Part shown: piece by piece, positions 1-10,074 of the stretch
Layout: each line of letters begins with the position of its first letter
Numbering within the stretch: position 1 is the first letter of the stretch
Source of the DNA: a virus
Length of the DNA stretch: 64,000 nucleotides
Virus record (IMG/VR): IMGVR_UViG_3300042987_002978
Span: 40,852-104,851 of that record
Reading direction: 5' to 3' (one strand)
The notes under the pieces: model-generated
Told to the model about the DNA's origin: nothing
What the model saw: the letters and a program-made list of their open reading frames with translations, nothing else
Database searches by the model: none
Made by a program: the position numbers and the translations under genes

Positions 1-3000
1 TGTTGCTCCAGGACCCTTGCCTCCACTGCTTGTGACCGTGGCATTGACGCTTACATTCAGACGCAACGGCGATTTATCAAGCGCATCTTGTGCGGCCGTT
101 TGAATAGCCTTGAAAATTGTCGGTCCTAGCGACTTTAGATTTTGATACATCTCGCTTTTTTCATCGAGAAGACCTTTTGACAAATCAGTGAAGTTTGCAC
201 CGATTGAGGCGGTCAAGGCGCTGACACTTCCACCTGTTTTGACGATGTTGGCAAATACTCCATCCGGACCATAAAGATTTTGGTCGAACAGTCCTTTTGT
301 CGTTGTTATGTTATTGCCGAGCGTCGAGACGTATCCACCGACTGTTGATGTGTACCCACCAAGGCCTTTAACACTTTCGCCAAGATTGAACAAATCACTG
401 TTGCCGACTTGAAGTTTTCCGCTCGCTATCCCGGTAGCAGCAGCAAGGTCGTTATAAACCTTTCCAAGTTCCGCGTGATTTATGTAAAGAAGAGCAGCGG
501 CTTCTTGCACGTCTTGATATGCGCTAAGAATGTTCACCGTTGCGCCGGCAAGATTCAACTGTTTGTTTTCTAGTTCTACAGTTGCGTCTATAAATCCGTT
601 TTGCGCACCGAGAACATCATCGCTCACTTCTGATGCTGCAGCCCTTGCTTCGTAAAGGGCGATTTCTGCATCGACAAGTTCCGTGTAGGACAGGCGGCCC
701 ATTGCATAATCACGCGACGCGCGCTCGAACTCAATTTGTAATTGGTCAATTCTGGATTGTTCATATCCAGTGACCTCTGCTCCGCCACCCATCCCGTAGC
801 GGGTCTCTGCATATTGCTGTTCGCGAGCGGCTTTCTTCCGTCGAGACTCAAGACCGCGTTGCATGTTTATCAATTTGGCAAGGTCTGTTTGTGCTTTGCG
901 AAAATCTAGTTGTGACCTGATGTAATCACCAAGCGAGCCAATGATGTCTTTCATCCGACCAATGGTTTCTTTAACAAAATCCGCTGCCGGAGTCTCCACA
1001 TCTCCCTTCTTCTCCAAGAAGTCTTTGTAGAACTTGTTTGCACCCTTTCGCCCACCTGATTTGTATGCCTTATTAACTGCTTCCGCAAGTGACTTTTCAA
1101 TCGCCCTGCCTGAACGACCGCCCATTTCGTCTTTGAAACCCTTTGCAAAACCTTGCGCAGTGGGAACACCGACTTCCTTTGCCATGACTGCCGACGGGCT
1201 CTTGATTCCAAGGCGAATCTTGAGGCGAGCAATGACATCGTTGCCCAAAGCGTCAATGGCCTTGCTTACTGCTGGTCGACCGTTTTCTATACCGCGTGAC
1301 ATTCCGTCGGTCAGCGCAGTTCCAATCAATTCTGCTTTTGTGCCAGCAACATCTTCCGTGTCTTGCGCTCCGAGAAGTGTGTCAAGCATTTGCGGACCAA
1401 AATTATGGAGTTCAAAGAATGCCATGATGTCTTCTTCTTTGAGGCCTGCGGCGATTCCGGTTCCCAATATTTGCGTCATTCCTTGACCAAGTGCAGCCGC
1501 AGCACCCTCTTCATCCATTTGGGCTGCATAAGTATTTACAACTTCAAGAACGGCGTCCATTGAGTCAAGGAGGGCGGCTTTTGCCTTGTCCGCCGCTTCC
1601 GTTCCGGCAAAAAGGTCTCCACCGGCACTCTTTGCATCATCTCCAAGGTCTCGTATTGAGGAACGGTAATCGATTTGCGCTTCGGTCATGTCCCTTGCAA
1701 GACCCATGAGCGCTTCTTGCCCGCGCTGGAATTCTTTTATTGCGTTTGTCGCGGCATCGTATTCAGTGACGAGGTCGCGAATACTCAGGGCATAACCTTG
1801 CGAGAACCTGTCTTCTAGCCCAGATATGACAGTGTCAAGAGTTTGATGCTGTGTGGTTACGCCTTTTGCGCTTGCCTTGAATTCATCATAAACTTTGCGG
1901 AAGCGAGTGAATGCCTCCGTGTTTCCACGGGCATTTGTCTCGACCCCCTTCATCGCGTCTTGTAACTTCTTATAAACCGCCTGTACCTCAGTGTTGTCTG
2001 TTACGCCAAACGTATTCTTGATGAAGTCTTCAGCCGCAGATTTGTTTTTATCCGAAAACTGCTCATTGAATATATTGGCGAGGTTTCCAGTTGAGTCTCC
2101 GACAAGGTCAAATTTGTCTTTAAGGCCAGTAAGTGCAGAACCGACGATGTCCGAAATGGCCATAGATTGGTCGTGTGCTTTCACTCCAGCCTTTGTCCAT
2201 GCGTCCTGGAATTTGCTGATTGTCTCTACCAGGGGGTTAAGTTGTCCTGTGTCTTGGATGCCTTGCGTAAATGCCTTTCCGTATTCAACTGCCGCATCGT
2301 AATATCCAGAGACGTCAGTCCCCTTGGCGAACGCCGCTGCCTGTTCTTCAAGTGAGCCAAAAGGATTGAAAATGTTTGCAAAGTCAGTGCCACGAGATGC
2401 ATCTTCTGCCGCGACGCTGGCAACTTGAATCAAGCCGTCTGTCAACGTGTCACCGGTACGATTCTTGACTGCTCCGGCAGTTACTTGTTGAGGTGTGAGT
2501 TTAAGTGTGTCGGTGAAAAAGTTGACAAAGTTGTCTTTCAGTTCTTGTGTGTTGCCGCCTAAACTCGTCGCTGCCAATCCGCGCACGTATGCCGCTGCGT
2601 ATTCTTTGCCTTGCGTGTCCGCAATTTTCTTAATTGTTGCGATTAGGCCAGGAGAGGATTCTTCAAGTTCTTTTTCTAACTGAGCGTTTATGTCTTCGCG
2701 TTTTGACGTTGTAAAGTCGACCTGAATATCGAATATGATTCCAGTACGTCCAAATTTTGCGGTTTCATTCAATAATTCTTTGACTTTTGTTACTCCATCA
2801 GACACGCTTTCAAGCGCATCGGAGCCATCGTTTTTGAACTTATTGAACACCCACTTGAAGGCCATGAAGCCAAGGTATAAAGCAGTTATTCCCATCATTA
2901 TCGGGCCCATAACAGACATCAGCGTGCCCATCGCTGTTGTCAAATAATAAACTGAGGTTCCGGCAATCCTTACGGTAGAGGCCAAAAATCCAGTAGCGGT

Positions 3001-4437
3001 TGTCCATGTTCCTGTCGCTGCCGCTGCCGTTCCGGTTGCGCCGGCAGCAGTTGAAGTTGCGGCTGTATATTTCAACACCTCACCAGTGGCTGCGTTGTAC
3101 TGGAATTGTTGACCGAACAACATCATGTTTGTCTGCGCGCCAAGACGAACGAATGCCGACATTGTTTTCATCACCATCGCAAGAGCAGATGTCATTATCA
3201 CCAAACCAGTGACGACGTATGTCAACACCTTGCCAACGCCACTGCCAAACACCTTTGAGAATCCCTTGGCTATCATTGTCCCTGCTTTGAGAAAAACCTG
3301 AACAACTGGCTTTAGCGCGTCGCCAAGTTGAATCAAAGCAGCCTGTTGTTCCGCAAGCGCTCTGTTGAAATCGGCATCTATCGTTTCTTGATATGTCTTA
3401 AAGGCGTAGTCAAGGTCGCCTGTCGATGCGGCCATTCGCTCAAAAATCTTTTCATTTTCTTCTGCTGCCGGACCGACAAGTGACAAAACTGCGGTGAGCG
3501 CTCGGACGTTACCGAAGACTTTCGTAAAGTCTCCTGCTTGTTCAATTCCTCCGATTGCGTCGCGTAATTCAATGAGTGCAGCAAACAGACCTTTTTCGCG
3601 GACATTTTGTCTGATTTCGTCAGCGCTTGTTCCGACGCCCTTTAAGACTTCTTGTGCCTGTTTTGACGGTTTTAGCAACTGCGACAAAGTTTGACGAACA
3701 TAAATTGCCGCAGTACCTGCCGACAAACCGCCTCTTGATAGGGCGGCAATGGCGGCTGATACGTCTTCAAATGATGCACCATATGCTGCCGCCACTGGCA
3801 ACACTTTGCCCAGAGCAGGAGCGAATGTATCGGCTTCCGCTTTACCTTCTCGCACCGTTGCCACAAGCACGTCTGTCGCTCTCGCAGCAGACATATTTGC
3901 GACTCCGTAGGCGTTCATGGTCGACGTGACTGCATCGGCAACCGTGTTGGTAGTACCGAGGCCTGCTGCGGCAGCCTTTGCCGAAGACTCAAGAACTTCT
4001 AGGGCGATGTTTGCATCTTTGATACCGGCTGATGTGATGTAGTAAAGAGCATCAGCAAGTTCAATCGGTGCCCTGGTAGTTTCTCCCGCCAAGGAAAGAA
4101 CCTTTTTCTTCATCAGGTCCAATGAGTCGCCAGTTACTACCACCAATCCCTTGATGCGATTGAACGAAAGTTCGAATTGGCGAGACATCTGAATCGCTTG
4201 CTTGCCAGCATTCACAAATACGCCGACGACCGTATATTTGATGAGTGATGCGGTCATTCGCATTGCGTCGCCGAGAGTTCGTGCGCTTATCGTGCCAACG
4301 CCCAACCCTTTTGCCATACCACCAGAAGCAGCAGTAACTGCGCCCATGCTGCGGGCTGCAGTCGTAGCACCAGTGGTTGTGATGCGAACTTGGATGTTTA
4401 GCGGCGGCATTCCGCCTGTTCCTGCTGCTGCTGGCAT
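1..4437 (-). CDS. Tail tape measure protein (TP901-type core), 3' end outside window
   Basis: Not in the ORF track, which implies no stop in the window. My translation of the 5' part from ATG 4437 gives MPAAAGTGGMPPLNIQVRI...ELADALYYITSAG...ATDVLVATVREGKAEADTFAPALGKVLPVAAAYGASFEDVSAAIAALSRGG, the typical TMP core. It lies directly downstream of the tail chaperone. Confidence 0.93.
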   Translation of the reverse strand, partial: MPAAAGTGGMPPLNIQVRITTTGATTAARSMGAVTAASGGMAKGLGVGTISARTLGDAMRMTASLIKYTVVGVFVNAGKQAIQMSRQFELSFNRIKGLVVVTGDSLDLMKKKVLSLAGETTRAPIELADALYYITSAGIKDANIALEVLESSAKAAAAGLGTTNTVADAVTSTMNAYGVANMSAARATDVLVATVREGKAEADTFAPALGKVLPVAAAYGASFEDVSAAIAALSRGGLSAGTAAIYVRQTLSQLLKPSKQAQEVLKGVGTSADEIRQNVREKGLFAALIELRDAIGGIEQAGDFTKVFGNVRALTAVLSLVGPAAEENEKIFERMAASTGDLDYAFKTYQETIDADFNRALAEQQAALIQLGDALKPVVQVFLKAGTMIAKGFSKVFGSGVGKVLTYVVTGLVIMTSALAMVMKTMSAFVRLGAQTNMMLFGQQFQYNAATGEVLKYTAATSTAAGATGTAAAATGTWTTATGFLASTVRIAGTSVYYLTTAMGTLMSVMGPIMMGITALYLGFMAFKWVFNKFKNDGSDALESVSDGVTKVKELLNETAKFGRTGIIFDIQVDFTTSKREDINAQLEKELEESSPGLIATIKKIADTQGKEYAAAYVRGLAATSLGGNTQELKDNFVNFFTDTLKLTPQQVTAGAVKNRTGDTLTDGLIQVASVAAEDASRGTDFANIFNPFGSLEEQAAAFAKGTDVSGYYDAAVEYGKAFTQGIQDTGQLNPLVETISKFQDAWTKAGVKAHDQSMAISDIVGSALTGLKDKFDLVGDSTGNLANIFNEQFSDKNKSAAEDFIKNTFGVTDNTEVQAVYKKLQDAMKGVETNARGNTEAFTRFRKVYDEFKASAKGVTTQHQTLDTVISGLEDRFSQGYALSIRDLVTEYDAATNAIKEFQRGQEALMGLARDMTEAQIDYRSSIRDLGDDAKSAGGDLFAGTEAADKAKAALLDSMDAVLEVVNTYAAQMDEEGAAAALGQGMTQILGTGIAAGLKEEDIMAFFELHNFGPQMLDTLLGAQDTEDVAGTKAELIGTALTDGMSRGIENGRPAVSKAIDALGNDVIARLKIRLGIKSPSAVMAKEVGVPTAQGFAKGFKDEMGGRSGRAIEKSLAEAVNKAYKSGGRKGANKFYKDFLEKKGDVETPAADFVKETIGRMKDIIGSLGDYIRSQLDFRKAQTDLAKLINMQRGLESRRKKAAREQQYAETRYGMGGGAEVTGYEQSRIDQLQIEFERASRDYAMGRLSYTELVDAEIALYEARAAASEVSDDVLGAQNGFIDATVELENKQLNLAGATVNILSAYQDVQEAAALLYINHAELGKVYNDLAAATGIASGKLQVGNSDLFNLGESVKGLGGYTSTVGGYVSTLGNNITTTKGLFDQNLYGPDGVFANIVKTGGSVSALTASIGANFTDLSKGLLDEKSEMYQNLKSLGPTIFKAIQTAAQDALDKSPLRLNVSVNATVTSSGGKGPGAT

Positions 4438-4488
4438 GCAAATATTTTCTCATAAGCATGTCAAATTCGCAAACGGCTAAAAGCCGGT

Positions 4489-4704
4489 CTATTTGTTTAC
4501 TGCCATTCCCATCTGGGCAGCAAAAGCCATCAATTGTTCTGCACCAGCCCGTTTCTTCATCCAGCCACGAGCCTCGAACATTATCGCTGTTTGTGCGGGG
4601 CTCAGTTCCCAGAATTCTTGGAGCGGGCGGCCCGTTTGACACCAGAGTCCGAGCCACTGGTGCCATTGTCCTGTGCTGGAGGCATTATCTGTTCCAGGTT
4701 TTCC
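4489..4704 (-). other. Putative -1 frameshift extension of tail assembly chaperone (G-T product)
   Basis: The overlapping -1 frame encodes WHQWLGLWCQTGRPLQEFWELSPAQTAIMFEA and has no good start of its own. Candidate slippery sites are GGAAAAC (4698-4704) and GAAAAAC (4709-4715). Confidence 0.7.
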
Positions 4705-5135
4705 AGGAGTTTTTCTTTGTTTTCTTCGGCGAGCGCGAGCGCCTGCTTTAGCATCCGGCTCGCCGCGATAGGGTCCACGCCGTTGGCAATCGACCATGCC
4801 GTCCCCACAACGTTCGAATAGGTGATGATTTCTCCGTCAAGCATTGCTTCGCCGACATCGTGAAGCGGCCTACGCAAAACGAACGCCAATGTCTGGCGCA
4901 TCGTGTTATAGGGCTTTTTCTCAAGTTGTTCTTGCCATGACTCAAGGCCACCAAAATATTCCTCAATGTCAGAAATCGAATTGTTATTGAAACGAATGAA
5001 AAGGGTCTCTGTAACGACCTCTTCTTTCTCGTCGAGCACTCGTGCCCAATCCGATTCACCCGCACCAGTTTTTTGCGTCTTGGCAAATTGGCACGGAATT
5101 CCCTTGTTCTTTAGCACTGTAGGTGTATAGTCCAT
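4602..5135 (-). CDS. Tail assembly chaperone
   Basis: Lies between major tail and tape measure genes. Start MDYTP is 6 nt after a TATGCT -10 box. Confidence 0.8.
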   Translation of the reverse strand: MDYTPTVLKNKGIPCQFAKTQKTGAGESDWARVLDEKEEVVTETLFIRFNNNSISDIEEYFGGLESWQEQLEKKPYNTMRQTLAFVLRRPLHDVGEAMLDGEIITYSNVVGTAWSIANGVDPIAASRMLKQALALAEENKEKLLENLEQIMPPAQDNGTSGSDSGVKRAARSKNSGN

Positions 5136-5171
5136 GCAGCCAGCATACACACGGACCTAGATACGCGCAAA

Positions 5172-5209
5172 CGCCAGCCTTGGGGCCACACACAACCCCA
5201 AGACTGGCG
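5172..5209 (-). terminator. Stem-loop downstream of major tail gene
   Basis: CGCCAGCCTTGGGG...CCCCAAGACTGGCG inverted repeat. Confidence 0.6.
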
Positions 5210-5233
5210 AGCGCCAGCAGAACTATTTAGTTA

Positions 5234-5791
5234 TTAGGCGGAAAGCCCAGTCGCCGCTTCGCGCAGCGTGATGGTGCCGAATCCGAGACCGCTCGCGATG
5301 GGGAGGATGGCCTCCGCGTCGAACGACGGTGTCGAGAAGTTGTCGGTCGAACCCGACATCAGCGTGCCACCAGTAATCTGGCACTTGTTGAGGACGAACA
5401 CCATTTCGGCGAGGTCGCTCTCCAAGTCGTTCACCAGCACTTCAATCTTGAAGTACGGGAGGCTGTCACCGTCGAACTCGTACGAGGCGGCCTCAGCCGA
5501 GCCAGAGCCCGACGTGCCGACCGAACCACCGAACAACGTCGCAAGGACGCCGAGGCTGAGTTCGCTGTAGGTGGCCGAGAAGTTCAGACGGTCGACTTTG
5601 CCTTTCTTGGCAAGAACCTTTCCGTCACCCTTCAACTCGACGCTGATGAAGTTCGGCTCAACCGAAACTTCCTGAATGCCGGGGACATCGACGGCCGCGC
5701 CGTAAGTGATGCCACCAGTTGCATCTGCAGTGACGGGGTAGACCTTGCAGTCATGAACGTCAAATGAGATTGTGGATGTTGATGCAGCCAT
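5234..5791 (-). CDS. Major tail tube protein
   Basis: 185 aa beta-rich protein (YGAAVDVPGIQEVSVEP..ELKGDG). AAGGAG RBS. Position upstream of chaperone and TMP. Confidence 0.85.
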   Translation of the reverse strand: MAASTSTISFDVHDCKVYPVTADATGGITYGAAVDVPGIQEVSVEPNFISVELKGDGKVLAKKGKVDRLNFSATYSELSLGVLATLFGGSVGTSGSGSAEAASYEFDGDSLPYFKIEVLVNDLESDLAEMVFVLNKCQITGGTLMSGSTDNFSTPSFDAEAILPIASGLGFGTITLREAATGLSA

Positions 5792-5880
5792 TGTTATGAC
5801 TCCTTTTTTTGCTCTGCTAGTCGTGTCGTTTCCGACACGGTTGAAGTCTCACACGTTTGTGTGTATAGACGAAGTATTCT

Positions 5881-6762
5881 CTACGGATTTATCTTCGCCC
5901 ACGTCTTGTGGTTGACGATTCCCGTTGCTTCGAGTCCAACTTTTGTTTGGAACTCTTTCACTGCCGCCTGTGTCTTCGGACCGAAATCTCCGTCAGTGGC
6001 GCACTTGACTCCTGCTTTATTGAGAAGTTCTTGCAATGTGCGAACTGCACCTCCCTTTGAGCCGAGTTGAAGAACCGGATTTGTGGCAGCATTCGCTTTG
6101 CCGCGCTTGACGGCGGCATCGGCATTTCCTGCCGGAGCAGCGGGAGCAGCCGGAGCAGCGGCTTTCGGCGCTTCTGGTGCTGGCGTTGGAGCGGGAGCGG
6201 GTGCGGCCGCTTGACCCGGAGCACATGCCTCTGTCGGATTGGCATCCATCCAAGCCTTCACGGCTTCCGGAACGTTGTCACCTTCCGTATAACGAATGTG
6301 CCATGGTTCCTCTGGGACCACTTCCCAACTCCACCCGAACTTTGCGCAGTTGGCAATCATCCACTGCAAACGCGCACCACTTGCGGTATGAACATCACAG
6401 GCCAAACCGCTGTTGTGCTGCGATGTGCCCGGTGCAGCCAAGGGAGCCATCCCTTTCTTGAGCCAGTATTTCTTGCCCTCAAAGGTACGAGTCGACTGAC
6501 CTGGGATTTCATGGTCAACATAGCGTTGATTGAAAGCCGTCAATTGGGCATCGTAGGAGCGGTACAGGTCACCTGCCGAAGTCGGCTTGAGTTCAACACC
6601 TTCAGCAGCCGCAGCGGCCTTCATGGCTTTCCAAGCATTTGCCGCGCGCCAGTGGAGTTTGCCGCCATCGACTTTGGCGAGGATGGCTTCCGGCAAACGA
6701 CCCGGCTTGTGGCCTGCGACGTCAGCGGGCGGGGTGACTTTCTTGATGTACAGTTCCGACAT
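5881..6762 (-). CDS. Endolysin: M15 (VanY-like) peptidase + Ala/Pro linker + peptidoglycan-binding domain
   Basis: YRS, AAPGTSQHNSGLACD and EPWH motifs. C-terminal LQLGSKGGAVRTLQELL..DGDFGPKTQAAVKEFQ..GL.ATGIV. Confidence 0.9.
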   Translation of the reverse strand: MSELYIKKVTPPADVAGHKPGRLPEAILAKVDGGKLHWRAANAWKAMKAAAAAEGVELKPTSAGDLYRSYDAQLTAFNQRYVDHEIPGQSTRTFEGKKYWLKKGMAPLAAPGTSQHNSGLACDVHTASGARLQWMIANCAKFGWSWEVVPEEPWHIRYTEGDNVPEAVKAWMDANPTEACAPGQAAAPAPAPTPAPEAPKAAAPAAPAAPAGNADAAVKRGKANAATNPVLQLGSKGGAVRTLQELLNKAGVKCATDGDFGPKTQAAVKEFQTKVGLEATGIVNHKTWAKINP

Positions 6763-6771
6763 TGCTATCTC

Positions 6772-7020
6772 CTAAGCGTGTGGGGGGTTGTCTTGTTCGA
6801 CTTTGCTGAATACCTGGTTCACTTCTTCTTCCGACAACTTTCCGTCAGTGAGGAATGCACGTGCCAATCCTTCAAGCACATTCGCCACGCCGCCGATTCC
6901 GGCCATAAACACGGCCTTTTCCATCGACACGCCAGCAATGGTGCCGGCGCCAATGACGCCAAGACCAGTCACGATGAAGGTCGCGAAGATTCTCAGGATT
7001 ACGTTTTTGATGAGTTCCAT
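6772..7020 (-). CDS. Holin-like membrane protein
   Basis: 82 aa with two hydrophobic segments, immediately upstream of the endolysin. Confidence 0.6.
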   Translation of the reverse strand: MELIKNVILRIFATFIVTGLGVIGAGTIAGVSMEKAVFMAGIGGVANVLEGLARAFLTDGKLSEEEVNQVFSKVEQDNPPHA

Positions 7021-7090
7021 GTTCTGTCAGCCAGATTGTGCGCCCGGCGGAGTGTTTACGCACCGGGCGCACACTCCGAGGTAGCGATAC

Positions 7091-7315
7091 CTACTTCTTG
7101 GCCTTCTCCTTTGTAGTTTCAGGTTTCTTCGCGAGGAACGATGCGACGGAAGGGTCGCCGACCTTCGTGCTTGCCAACGCAAGTGCGTAGGCAGCGAGCG
7201 GCATCAAGAGAGCAGTAAGTGTCGGGTCAACGTTGTACTTATCGCACAGATAGACGACGACGCCGAGCGCTCCGCCTTTGACGACCTGGTCAAAACTCTG
7301 GCTCTTCTTGTCCAT
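7091..7315 (-). CDS. Small 2-TM membrane protein (second holin-like)
   Basis: AAAGGAG RBS before MDKKS. Two hydrophobic helices and a basic C-terminus. Confidence 0.55.
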   Translation of the reverse strand: MDKKSQSFDQVVKGGALGVVVYLCDKYNVDPTLTALLMPLAAYALALASTKVGDPSVASFLAKKPETTKEKAKK

Positions 7316-7389
7316 GGATTGCTCCTTTGTTGAGGGCCACATCGGCCGCTTACAGTCTCAACGAAGGATGCGTATAGTCGGACTATGGT

Positions 7390-9579
7390 CTAGTCGCTTT
7401 TCTTCTCCATCAATCTCTTCATCAAATCCTTGACAAGTGACTGCTGCTCGATTTCGTCGCCTTCGGTCACTGCGTCGACGACGGAACGCTTCGCGTCGAC
7501 CAAATCGTAAATGTCTTCGTCAATTGTTCCGGAGGCAAGCAAGTACCAGGCCTGCACATTGTTCTTTTGTCCGATTCTGTGGCAACGGTCTTCTGCCTGG
7601 TCGTGCTCGCCGGGAGTCCAACCCATCTGGACGAAGACAACGTCGGAGCCTGCCGTCAATGTGATACCTACTCCACCAGCCTGAAGGTTGAGGACGATGA
7701 CTCTTGCGGAAGGGTCAGTCTGGAATGCATCGACCGCTGCCTGTCTTTCTTCGAGTGAGTCGCGCCCGCTGATTCTCAGATTGCCGTACTTCTCGGCAAG
7801 ATGGTCGACCACGTCGATGTTGTGGGCAAACACAACAAGTTTGCGGTCACACGATTCAAGGAACGAATCAATCCATTCCTCGACTGCGTCCATCTTCGCC
7901 CATGCGGCGAGGCGCTTAAGTACTTGGGTTCGCGCCAGATGCTCGCCTGAGTCTTTTGCCTTGTAGCCGTTCTCTCGCAAGAACAGAACGAGGTCATCTT
8001 CTGCCGATGAGTAATCTTTGTAACCTTTTCCGGCCACGTCGAGGTGAACGATGTTGCGGCTCTTTTCGGGAAGTTCCTTCAGGACTTCGTCTTTGGTCCT
8101 GCGGATGTAGCAGTTCTGCCTGAGTTTGGTATTGAGTTCAATCAGGTTGCTTGCTCCGCTTGTATCCCAGCCGAATCCGTTGTGGTAGGCGCCTGCATAA
8201 CGCTTGAGGAACGCCCATTTACCGCCGAAGCGGCCCAGCATCCCCATGATTTCCAATTGGCTCACAAGTTCAGACGGGCGATTGGTCACCGGCGTTCCGG
8301 ACAGCAGTAGAACGCTGCCCGAATTTGGGACCATCTCGGCTATGTCCTTTGCCGCCTTGGTGCGCTTGGACGAGGCGGTCTTGACATAGTGGGACTCGTC
8401 CAGCACCAGCCCGTTGATTCCTAAGTGTTCTATTGCCTCCACGAATTTGTACAAAATGTCGTAGTTCACTACGTTCACATCGCAAGCAACTATATCCGTC
8501 TTGCCGGACACGATATTGACCGTTCGGTGCGGCAGCCACTTGTTTATTTCTCGCCTCCAGTTCTCCTTGAGCGAGGCGGGACAGACTATGACCGCAGGAA
8601 ACGCATCGCGCATTTCCAGTGTTGCTATCGCTTCTACGGTCTTGCCAAGGCCCATTTGGTCAGCGACAAGACACCTTCCGACAGAAGACGCATAGGCGAC
8701 ACCAGCCTTCTGGTACGGCATCAGAGTTCCGGAAAGATTCGGGACATGGATGTCGGCGTCGGTTGAAGCCGACTTTTCAAGCAGTTCTGCCTCGCGTTTC
8801 GCCGAAGTCAACAGAGTCTTGCGCAGACTCTCCGACATTGAGAATCCGTACTTGTCCGCTATCTCCACGACCGACAAGACGGGTGGGGTGGACCAAACCT
8901 TTTTCTTTGCGTCCCACAGCCGACCTGGGATGTTCTTGATGTCGGCGACAATGTCCGGGTGGTAGGCGAACTCAAAGAGCAGGCGCCCGCTCTTGGACGT
9001 TGTTATCTTGCGGTCTTCTATTTGTGTTTGTTGCATTGTTGTGTTCATATGGTTGAGTTCTTCCGATGGGACGAATCCGTATTGAGAGACCAGTTTAGCG
9101 ACTTGTTCGGAACTGGACAAGGGTGCCACCCAAACGAGTGCTTTATTGTTCCACGAGACTCCGGGTATTTTCCTGATTTCCTCAATCAACTGCTCGTCAT
9201 ATTCGCAGCGCACGACGAACAGTTCCCCGTTGCTCGACACGGTATTCCGCGCTGCCGCATTTGTCGAAGACACCATTTCGTTGAATCCATGAGTGAAATC
9301 ATCCGGTCGCATCGGTGCAGGAATCTGGTCGTACTCGATTCCCAGCCCGGAAAGTTGGGTCTGATACTTGGCGAGCATTTTCCACGCTTCGTAGACGACC
9401 ACAGAATTCCACTTCGATACCGGGATGAGGGCCAGCATCGTGCCGTACCGTGCGTCGGCCTTGTTGAATCCGATTCCGTCCGTCGACTCTGCGCCGTCAC
9501 AAATTCCGGCAAGCGTGCGTATTGCTTTTGCAAGCAGTGACGCGTCGTAGCCGTCTATTTGTCGGTCAGGTTCGCCCAC
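7390..9579 (-). CDS. SNF2-family ATPase with two N-terminal HARP-like domains (SMARCAL1-like)
   Basis: ADQMGLGKT, LDESH, LSGTP and QAEDRCHRIGQ motifs. Two repeats Y....IE/A.I+.IPG..W....K.W..P. Start set at GTG 9579 (approximate). Confidence 0.88.
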   Translation of the reverse strand: MGEPDRQIDGYDASLLAKAIRTLAGICDGAESTDGIGFNKADARYGTMLALIPVSKWNSVVVYEAWKMLAKYQTQLSGLGIEYDQIPAPMRPDDFTHGFNEMVSSTNAAARNTVSSNGELFVVRCEYDEQLIEEIRKIPGVSWNNKALVWVAPLSSSEQVAKLVSQYGFVPSEELNHMNTTMQQTQIEDRKITTSKSGRLLFEFAYHPDIVADIKNIPGRLWDAKKKVWSTPPVLSVVEIADKYGFSMSESLRKTLLTSAKREAELLEKSASTDADIHVPNLSGTLMPYQKAGVAYASSVGRCLVADQMGLGKTVEAIATLEMRDAFPAVIVCPASLKENWRREINKWLPHRTVNIVSGKTDIVACDVNVVNYDILYKFVEAIEHLGINGLVLDESHYVKTASSKRTKAAKDIAEMVPNSGSVLLLSGTPVTNRPSELVSQLEIMGMLGRFGGKWAFLKRYAGAYHNGFGWDTSGASNLIELNTKLRQNCYIRRTKDEVLKELPEKSRNIVHLDVAGKGYKDYSSAEDDLVLFLRENGYKAKDSGEHLARTQVLKRLAAWAKMDAVEEWIDSFLESCDRKLVVFAHNIDVVDHLAEKYGNLRISGRDSLEERQAAVDAFQTDPSARVIVLNLQAGGVGITLTAGSDVVFVQMGWTPGEHDQAEDRCHRIGQKNNVQAWYLLASGTIDEDIYDLVDAKRSVVDAVTEGDEIEQQSLVKDLMKRLMEKKSD

Positions 9580-10019
9580 AGCCTTATGTCGTGCGGTTCG
9601 GCGGTGTAATCGCCTTCGAACGATGCCCTTTTGTGCTCGACTATTGCCTTTACCAAGCGGGCATTTTCCTCCACGACATTGAGCGAATCCATGTTGCTCA
9701 AAATCGTCTTGACTTCCGACAGTCGCTTGTTGATGCCGTTGCGATAGCGCTGAGCCTTGCGCAACCACTCGTCGAACTTGAGTTTCTCTTCCGCGAAATC
9801 TTCAGGATTGGTGAGGCCAAGTTCCACGTCTCTGGCGAGCATGTCAATGCGCGTCTTGTGAAAGACCATCTGTGAATCAGAGTCTGACAAGGCTGTAATT
9901 AGCGCATGACACCACGCGAGTCTGTTCTCCTCGTCATGAAGCCAAGCGATTTCTTCTGAAGTAGCGTCTCCCTTGCATTCGCGTTTTGCCATGTCAAGGA
10001 CGTCTTTGTTGGGCAGCAT
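9555..10019 (-). CDS. Hypothetical helical protein
   Basis: GAGGTG RBS and an upstream TAGACT. Overlaps the helicase start. Confidence 0.7.
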   Translation of the reverse strand: MLPNKDVLDMAKRECKGDATSEEIAWLHDEENRLAWCHALITALSDSDSQMVFHKTRIDMLARDVELGLTNPEDFAEEKLKFDEWLRKAQRYRNGINKRLSEVKTILSNMDSLNVVEENARLVKAIVEHKRASFEGDYTAEPHDIRLWANLTDK

Positions 10020-10074
10020 TTTCACCTCGTTGGGTAGTTGTGTTGTCCGTCTAGTCTACAGACGAACGGGGTGA

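Noticed and set aside
6067-7116. 349-aa plus-strand ORF (also 37369..38430 and many other antisense ORFs)
   Set aside because: These are shadows of well-supported opposite-strand genes, with no motifs or RBS.
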